Assembly (NCBI GenBank): GCA_016840085.1
Contig: JAEOTA010000029.1
Coordinates: 1-11,698 of the forward strand
From: Promethearchaeota archaeon
GTDB taxonomy: Archaea > Asgardarchaeota > Lokiarchaeia > Sigyniarchaeales > SOKP01
Reading direction: 5' to 3'
DNA: 11,698 bases
Part shown: one piece after another, positions 5,664-11,698 of the stretch
Position numbering within the stretch: the stretch's first letter is position 1
How the letters are laid out: each line of letters begins with the position of its first letter
The notes under the pieces: model-generated
Told to the model about the DNA's origin: nothing
Databases searched by the model: none
The model's input: the letters and a program-made list of their open reading frames with translations, nothing else
Program-made: the position numbers and the translations under genes

Positions 5664-6845
5664 TTAATCGACCTCTCCCTTTCCAATGTTTAAATAGACT
5701 CCAATTCCATTCTTATAGATTTTATGGTATTTGCCTATAAACTCATCAGAAGCTACTTGAATTATTTTTCCTTGAATTTGCTTTTCGAATATTGCACCCT
5801 CTTCAATGAATTTAACATCATTAAATCTTTGAGAAATATTATCCACCGAATAAACAAACCCACTTCTTCCATATATATTGAAGAACTTTACATTTTGAAT
5901 CTCCTCTAAACTAGGATATACCAGAGAAATATTTGTGACATACCCTTTATCCTCTTCTTTAAAGAGATCAATATATTCAAAATTCTCATCTAGTTCTTTA
6001 ATATCAATATTATCTACTAACCCACAACCAATACTTCTTTTACCTCCAAGCCCTTCATCCGTAATTAATTTGATAGATGATAAAATTTTATTAATTAATT
6101 CATTAGCTAACCCTGAATAATCTAATAAAAAGTAGAATCCCGGAATTAGTTGAAAATTTATTTCACTTCCATTTTCTTTCACATAATATTTTGATATGTG
6201 GAACTTAAACTTTGGCCATGTGAAAGGTTCAGACTCTTTACTAGTTCTGCTGATTCTTACTTTTTGTTCGTCTAAAATTTCAAATATGGTTACTTTTCTC
6301 CGAATTGCTCGTTCTATCTTTTCTATTTTTGCGTTAGAATTATCAATTAAACTAAGAAATCCTTTTAATCCTAACAGTTCAATATCTTTTTCATGGACTA
6401 AATAATTCCCATCTATTATATGGTATTGACTTAAAGATATATTTTGCCCTTGTTGAAGCCTTCTTAATATTTCAAAAGAAATAAACTGAACTTTTTTTAG
6501 TGATTTTGGATTTTCATCAAGATATTCTTGAGATTTCTCATCTAAAGGAAATCTAATTAACGGCTTTGGTAAGAAATAAATAGTATTATAATATTCACTA
6601 TCTCTATAGATGTCAATATAATGAAAGCACGAAGACAATCTAAAAAATTCTGATTCACTATTCTCAAGTTCAATTATATGAGCTAAGCACTCTTTTAAAC
6701 TACTATTCCCATAAAGCTTTCGTACATTATTACAAATAGCACTAAATAATGTATCACTATGAATAATTGAACTAATACTTCCTGTATAATCCTTTCCAAT
6801 GCTGAAATAGTTCCTCTCTTTAGAGACTAATTTTATTATATACAT
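5664..6845 (-). CDS. csm4: Type III-A RAMP Csm4 (Cas5 group)
   Basis: IHSDTLFSAI, LSSCF, FLPKP, GLGGKRSIGCG, RSGFV and EEGAIF motifs. The ORF track starts at 6872; ATG at 6845 (MYIIKL) is more likely. Confidence 0.95.
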   Translation of the reverse strand: MYIIKLVSKERNYFSIGKDYTGSISSIIHSDTLFSAICNNVRKLYGNSSLKECLAHIIELENSESEFFRLSSCFHYIDIYRDSEYYNTIYFLPKPLIRFPLDEKSQEYLDENPKSLKKVQFISFEILRRLQQGQNISLSQYHIIDGNYLVHEKDIELLGLKGFLSLIDNSNAKIEKIERAIRRKVTIFEILDEQKVRISRTSKESEPFTWPKFKFHISKYYVKENGSEINFQLIPGFYFLLDYSGLANELINKILSSIKLITDEGLGGKRSIGCGLVDNIDIKELDENFEYIDLFKEEDKGYVTNISLVYPSLEEIQNVKFFNIYGRSGFVYSVDNISQRFNDVKFIEEGAIFEKQIQGKIIQVASDEFIGKYHKIYKNGIGVYLNIGKGEVD

Positions 6846-7608
6846 TAACGAACCAATCTTTATTTTCAACATCCTTTAAATTAAAATTTTCAGCTAAAAA
6901 TGTCTCTGCCTTTTCATGAGTATAGTAATTATTATCCCGAAGTATCATTTTTATCTCCTCAAAGCTTATTTTTCCACTTCCCCGTGAACCACTTCCTCCC
7001 AGATAATCATCCTCGAGTAATTTTAAACCTTGAAAAAGAACTTCTATTAACTCTTTGTCTTTTTCAGAAAATAAATCTAAAATGATTTCAAAATCAAATT
7101 GCGCTTCTACTGGTACTCTTTCAAGATGTCTTGGATTTGCTCTGGCAGAAATTCTATCTACTGTGTTCTCAATTTTATCTTCAGTATAATCTAATTCAAG
7201 ATTCTTAAAAAACAAGTCTTTATTTTCCTCGAAAAATGCCTCATCCAAAAATGAATCTCGAAAAATTCCTCTTCCCGGTTCATTGACTTCTGGTGCACCA
7301 AAAATTTTTATAATATCATCAACGGTATCATCTTCAAAATTATGTATTACCATCTTGGGATCAAAAAATCCATTGCCGTCATTTTTGTCTTCAGTCCTGA
7401 GGGGGTAATAATTTTGCTCAAGAAGACTTCTCAATTTTCCTTTTATTGTACTTCCTGGAATGTATGGTATACCTTTTGAGTCTTTAATTACTGGATTATC
7501 AACACCACCAATATCTAATGAAGTTTTACTACCTCCAATAGCGAGTCCTGTCTTTACTTTTATTTTTCCTGTTAATATAACTTTTCCTTTAAGTTGATAT
7601 TCTTCCAT
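6820..7608 (-). CDS. csm3: Type III-A backbone RNase Csm3 (Cas7 group)
   Basis: TGLAIGG, GGVDNPVIKD (catalytic Asp position retained), PYIPGSTIKGKLRSLLE, KIENTVDR, ANPRHLERVP and YLGGSGSRGSG motifs. SD GGAGGTGA upstream. Confidence 0.97.
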   Translation of the reverse strand: MEEYQLKGKVILTGKIKVKTGLAIGGSKTSLDIGGVDNPVIKDSKGIPYIPGSTIKGKLRSLLEQNYYPLRTEDKNDGNGFFDPKMVIHNFEDDTVDDIIKIFGAPEVNEPGRGIFRDSFLDEAFFEENKDLFFKNLELDYTEDKIENTVDRISARANPRHLERVPVEAQFDFEIILDLFSEKDKELIEVLFQGLKLLEDDYLGGSGSRGSGKISFEEIKMILRDNNYYTHEKAETFLAENFNLKDVENKDWFVNVYNKISL

Positions 7609-7613
7609 ATTTT

Positions 7614-8045
7614 TTAATCACCTCCAGAAGCTTTATGATATGCTAATATTGCTTCAAAAAACTCCTTAAAACCTTCTAAAGTTTTATTATCATTTACTTT
7701 TTTAATTAATTCAATTAATACATTTGTTAGTGGTTCTAATACTTCAAATCTGCCTTTCTGATAAGCTAATTTGGGGCGTAATAAATTTAGATCTTTTTTG
7801 CTTTCTTCAAAATTATCAGGTAACCTCTTTACAGTATTGAAAATTCCTCTGATTTGCGATGTTGAAATAAGTTTTCCTCTATATCGATAATGAGCACACA
7901 TTACACCAAAGTCTTCACTTAATTCTATAAACCTATTTATATCCTCCATAGTCTCTTTTTTCAAAATTTTGTCGGAATTATTAATTATATCATTAGCTAC
8001 TTTCATGATATCGTCTCTTCTTATTCTTCTTCTAGCATATGACAT
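7614..8045 (-). CDS. csm2: Type III-A small subunit Csm2 (Cas11)
   Basis: 143 aa, helical. STSQIRGIF, LRPKLAYQKGR and FFEAILAYHK motifs. GAGGT SD upstream. Confidence 0.96.
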   Translation of the reverse strand: MSYARRRIRRDDIMKVANDIINNSDKILKKETMEDINRFIELSEDFGVMCAHYRYRGKLISTSQIRGIFNTVKRLPDNFEESKKDLNLLRPKLAYQKGRFEVLEPLTNVLIELIKKVNDNKTLEGFKEFFEAILAYHKASGGD

Positions 8046-8082
8046 CAGATCTTTACCTCTTTTGTTGTTTTTTTAAAAAATT

Positions 8083-10698
8083 TTATTTTCTTGTTAAATA
8101 ATCTGCCCATTTTACTGCAACAGATATGAAATTTATAGTTTTTGTTTGTAAAGTTGAATCTGGTTTGAATAAATTATCAATTATAATAATTTCTACCATC
8201 TGAATAATAAACTTGGTCAATGACCTTACTTCAGGGTTTCTTGACCATAAAACAGTTCTTAAATAATATTTCAATCTCCATAATTTAGGAACTCGAATTC
8301 TTCTTTCTAGTGAATCTTCCAATAATATTCTTAACCCTAAAACTGAACTTTCAAGTTTATGGAGCATTGATTTAGAAAAATTCTTCTCTCTGATTAAATA
8401 AAATAAAATATCTTTTAAAGTAAGAGTTAATTCAAACTCTGATTTACTATTAATCCACTTAAGAATTTCCTCTTTTAATTCTTCAATTTTCTCGATTTTC
8501 ATAATTTTCAGTATTTGTTCTCTATGATACTTCTCTATTTTTTTCGAATCTTCTGAAAATTCATTATACTCATCTTCTTTTTCTAAGCTCCAATCCCAAT
8601 TCAAAACCAAGCCAAATAGTGAAATCTTATTTTTGGTATTACCCTTACCTGTAAATATTTCGAATTGTTTTGCTCTATTTATCTCATCTTCGGCGTTTAA
8701 TGAAGCTTTGATTATAGGAAAAGTAGAGGGTTCAAGAATTATAGCTGCACTTAAAGTTATATCAGGATTAAATGCCGTGAATCTCCTAAAATCTCTATAT
8801 AATCTAAATGAGAATTCAATTAATTTATCCCATGAACCAACAGCAAATAAATCATCTCCTCCAGAAAATATAAGATAGACTGAATCAGAAAATTCTGATT
8901 GAACAAGTCTAGGAACATATCCCTCAAAAAATAATGTTAATGAAGAACTTAAGGTAGAGACTCTTGATATTGTATTATTTTTACCTAAGCCTTTTTGAAA
9001 AATTTTTCCTAAAGAATCGACATCCATTTTTAAAATTCCAAGTTTGTTAAATCCTGTTCTCTGATGTGCTTGATCAGCTAACTTACTATTATCTAAAATA
9101 ATTCCAAATTTATCAAGCGGAAAAGCAATAGGAAATTGTATATCGCCTATTGTATTCTCTAATGATGGATTATTTATGGAATACCATTTATTTTGATTCT
9201 CTTTCACATTTTCTTTAAATTTAACTGCTTTTTCAAATTTATTTAAGATTCTGTTATAACTCTCTGAACCGAATTGAGTATTTTTATAAAAAATACTAGA
9301 TTTTAAATCATCTGTCAAATCTTTAAAGCTCTTACACATTATACACCAATAATCATCAGTATCAGGCATTTTTTCTAGATTTTCAAATGAATTACAAATT
9401 GCACATCGTTGAATTTTATTTGCAGAACCTTCAACTGGACCAAATATTTTTGAGAAATATTCTTGCTTTGCTCTTTTAATTATATCACTAAATTTTTTAT
9501 TCTTCTTTATAGAAGTCGTAATATTAACTTTTTTCCAACTTTCAGAGATGTTAAAAACTAAATCCTCAATAGATAAAGGTATGTAATCTAAAGCAAGATA
9601 AAGATTTGCATTGAATTGTTCAATGAATAATTTATTTATTTTTAATGAAATTTCACTTAACTTAGATTTAAGATCCTTTGAGTAATGACCAATTATATAA
9701 AAATGACCTCCCCCAGCAAATATAATGTTTACCTGTGTTAATTCTAACTGTTCAATTATATACTGAGCGAAATTTTCGGTTAATAAACTAAAGAAAAATG
9801 ATCGACCTTTTAATGTCTTCATAGCATATTTGGATGAGATCAAATGGATAAATTTCTGAATACCCGAGAAATCTCCGTGAATAAAGGTGAATAATTTACG
9901 ATCTTCAAAGATTTCTTTTTTTACATCATCCTTTTCTATTTCTTTTCGGTAAACATCGCCCTTAACATATAATTCTTTAAGGATTTGTCCCATCCTATTT
10001 AGTGTTTCAATCTCATGCTCTTTAATAATTGAATTAAATTTAAAATAATTATCAAGAGCCACCGCAATGGCACAAACCATTTTTGAGTGATCAAATAAAC
10101 TAATGTCAGGCTCAACAAAATAAGCAGCTGATGGTATAAATTTAAAATGTCTTTTTAGAAGGGAGAACAAAAATTCAAATAGGTTCTTGAAATCACCTTT
10201 ATGTTCTTTAATTCTGTCAAAACTATCTTTAAAAGAAACCCAATTATCTAAAAAATATTGTTCTAAAGAATCTATAACTTTTTCTCTTAAAAAAGGGAAA
10301 ATTTCTATTGAATCATCTTTTAAAATTAATTGTTTCCCTAAATAATAAAATTTTGGATGGTCTTTTTCCTTAAATATGGATATTTTTGAAAAAATCGGTG
10401 TTAATCCAATCCTCCTTATATCTTCTTTCTTTTCAATCCCTATTCTTTCTGATGAGGCTAACCAATCGGCAATAATTAATTTTTTTAACAAATTATAGCC
10501 ATCAGTATTGAAAAAGTCTTCGATACCAGTCTGATGATGTAAAGAAATCAAACTAGTAACGTTAGGTAAAATCTCGTCATATTTTTGAATTAAATTCTTC
10601 CCAATCTCTTGATGAGTCCCACTTTCACCAGAACGATACCCTAGTTTTCCAATATCATGTAAAAGAGCAGCAAATATTAGTTGGAATTTGTCATTCAT
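8083..10698 (-). CDS. cas10: Type III-A large subunit Cas10/Csm1 with intact HD nuclease and GGDD cyclase motifs
   Basis: 871 aa. ALLHDIGK (HD), IIADWLAS, DISLFDHSK, GDFSGIQKFI, LKGRSF, GGGHF, Zn finger CAIC...CIMC, KMDVDSLG and FSGGDDLF motifs. Confidence 0.98.
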   Translation of the reverse strand: MNDKFQLIFAALLHDIGKLGYRSGESGTHQEIGKNLIQKYDEILPNVTSLISLHHQTGIEDFFNTDGYNLLKKLIIADWLASSERIGIEKKEDIRRIGLTPIFSKISIFKEKDHPKFYYLGKQLILKDDSIEIFPFLREKVIDSLEQYFLDNWVSFKDSFDRIKEHKGDFKNLFEFLFSLLKRHFKFIPSAAYFVEPDISLFDHSKMVCAIAVALDNYFKFNSIIKEHEIETLNRMGQILKELYVKGDVYRKEIEKDDVKKEIFEDRKLFTFIHGDFSGIQKFIHLISSKYAMKTLKGRSFFFSLLTENFAQYIIEQLELTQVNIIFAGGGHFYIIGHYSKDLKSKLSEISLKINKLFIEQFNANLYLALDYIPLSIEDLVFNISESWKKVNITTSIKKNKKFSDIIKRAKQEYFSKIFGPVEGSANKIQRCAICNSFENLEKMPDTDDYWCIMCKSFKDLTDDLKSSIFYKNTQFGSESYNRILNKFEKAVKFKENVKENQNKWYSINNPSLENTIGDIQFPIAFPLDKFGIILDNSKLADQAHQRTGFNKLGILKMDVDSLGKIFQKGLGKNNTISRVSTLSSSLTLFFEGYVPRLVQSEFSDSVYLIFSGGDDLFAVGSWDKLIEFSFRLYRDFRRFTAFNPDITLSAAIILEPSTFPIIKASLNAEDEINRAKQFEIFTGKGNTKNKISLFGLVLNWDWSLEKEDEYNEFSEDSKKIEKYHREQILKIMKIEKIEELKEEILKWINSKSEFELTLTLKDILFYLIREKNFSKSMLHKLESSVLGLRILLEDSLERRIRVPKLWRLKYYLRTVLWSRNPEVRSLTKFIIQMVEIIIIDNLFKPDSTLQTKTINFISVAVKWADYLTRK

Positions 10699-11287
10699 CG
10701 TAATTTAACTTTATCTAACCCTATAAAAATAAAAATTTTACATGAATATTAACAAAAATGTCCTTATAAGATTAACTATTTAAGTTTTAATTAGAGTAAA
10801 AATTTTTTTAAGGGAATTTTATCTTTTTTTTAAAAGAGTGTAATTGCTGAATTTTCATATTTTTTTAAGACTTAATTTTAAGGTTAAAATCATATTTAAA
10901 GTATATAAAGAATTTCGAGCATCGACACCATAATTTTTACATTTTTATAAATTTCTATTTTGAATATTCATTAAATAAGTATAAAATTATCACCTTTCGA
11001 GGAAAAGACTAATTGATCATGCAATCTTAAAACAGATATTTAATCTTTTTAATTTGGGCCATTTACTTATAATTCGAAAAATCTTCAATTTAATTTAAGA
11101 TACAGTTTAATTGCATTTAATAAAAGCGAATTATAAGCTTTTAGAGCATTTTCTGAGAATTGAATTTCATCGAGTATCTTTTTAAGTAAAATGAAAATTT
11201 GTTAATGCTCGAACAAAGATATTTAAAAATTAAAAAGAAATAAGATTAAATAATTTTTTATCATATTCTATTATAGTATTATAAAGG
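10699..11287. promoter_or_regulatory. AT-rich divergent intergenic region holding the cas10 operon promoter (minus) and the leader of array B (plus)
   Basis: 589 nt with no ORF in the track, between the cas10 start and the first 37-nt repeat. Several TTTAAA/TTTATA-like boxes are present, but the exact promoters cannot be pinned down. Confidence 0.65.
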
Positions 11288-11698
11288 ATAGCATAGAAAT
11301 ATCCACTAAAACAAGGATTGAAACTTTATATTTCTCAATTTTTAGCATAAGAGTTTGTTGAGTTATAGCATAGAAATATCCACTAAAACAAGGATTGAAA
11401 CCTAAGATAATTCTTAACTGAATTAAAATCCAAATACTTTAATAGCATAGAAATATCCACTAAAACAAGGATTGAAACTTATATATACATCTGGTTTCGT
11501 CCACATCGGACAGATAATAGCATAGAAATATCCACTAAAACAAGGATTGAAACTAGACATAACAAATTCATTATCTTCGCTCATTACAACTATATCATAG
11601 AAATATACACTAAAACAAGGATTGAAACTCAGAGTATCTATTCTTTCTTCTACATCTTTAAGGATAGCATAGAAATATCCACTAAAACAAGGATTGAA
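11288..11698 (+). CRISPR. CRISPR array B: 37-nt repeat ATAGCATAGAAATATCCACTAAAACAAGGATTGAAAC, at least 6 repeats, runs off the window
   Basis: Repeats at 11288, 11365, 11442, 11517, 11592 (2 substitutions) and 11664 (truncated). Spacers are 40, 40, 38, 38 and 35 nt. The repeat ends in the canonical ATTGAAAC handle. Confidence 0.98.

Noticed and set aside
5724-7085. Four short + strand ORFs (5724, 5935, 6196, 6900)
   Set aside because: They lie antisense within csm4/csm3 and have no recognisable motifs.
8633-8878. 81-aa + strand ORF
   Set aside because: Antisense to the conserved Palm2 region of cas10.
11554-11591. Self-targeting of cas10 (shared AAATTCATTAT near 8557)
   Set aside because: An 11-nt AT-rich match only. 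No spacer showed an extended match in the window by eye.
11592-11628. Two-substitution internal repeat in array B as a distinct class
   Set aside because: A single variant flanked by consensus copies, consistent with ordinary repeat mutation or sequencing error.

Overview
AT-rich archaeal window, probably from a Lokiarchaeia/Asgard-like host (inferred from the left-edge gene and archaeal-style promoter and SD motifs). It carries a complete type III-A (Csm) effector operon on the minus strand: cas10-csm2-csm3-csm4-csm5-csm6 (CARF-HEPN)-cas6b. No cas1, cas2 or cas4 lies in the window. The operon is flanked by two related but geometrically different CRISPR repeat classes. On the right is a + strand array with a classical 37-nt repeat (ATAGCATAGAAATATCCACTAAAACAAGGATTGAAAC) and 35-40 nt spacers. 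On the left are two tandem minus-strand arrays, each with its own copy of one leader, built from a 28-nt repeat (ATATTATCCACGCGAACAAGGATTGAAA) and tightly sized 32-33 nt spacers that often begin with G. Each left array ends in an intermediate repeat followed by a relic 37-nt repeat. The main hypothesis (inference) is that a type III array has been remodelled to type I-E-like 28+33 geometry, so that a different Cas1-Cas2 fills it in trans while it keeps the Cas6b/Csm handle. Csm5 also appears to carry an inserted TRAM/OB-like domain. A partial secreted-protein gene runs off the left edge.
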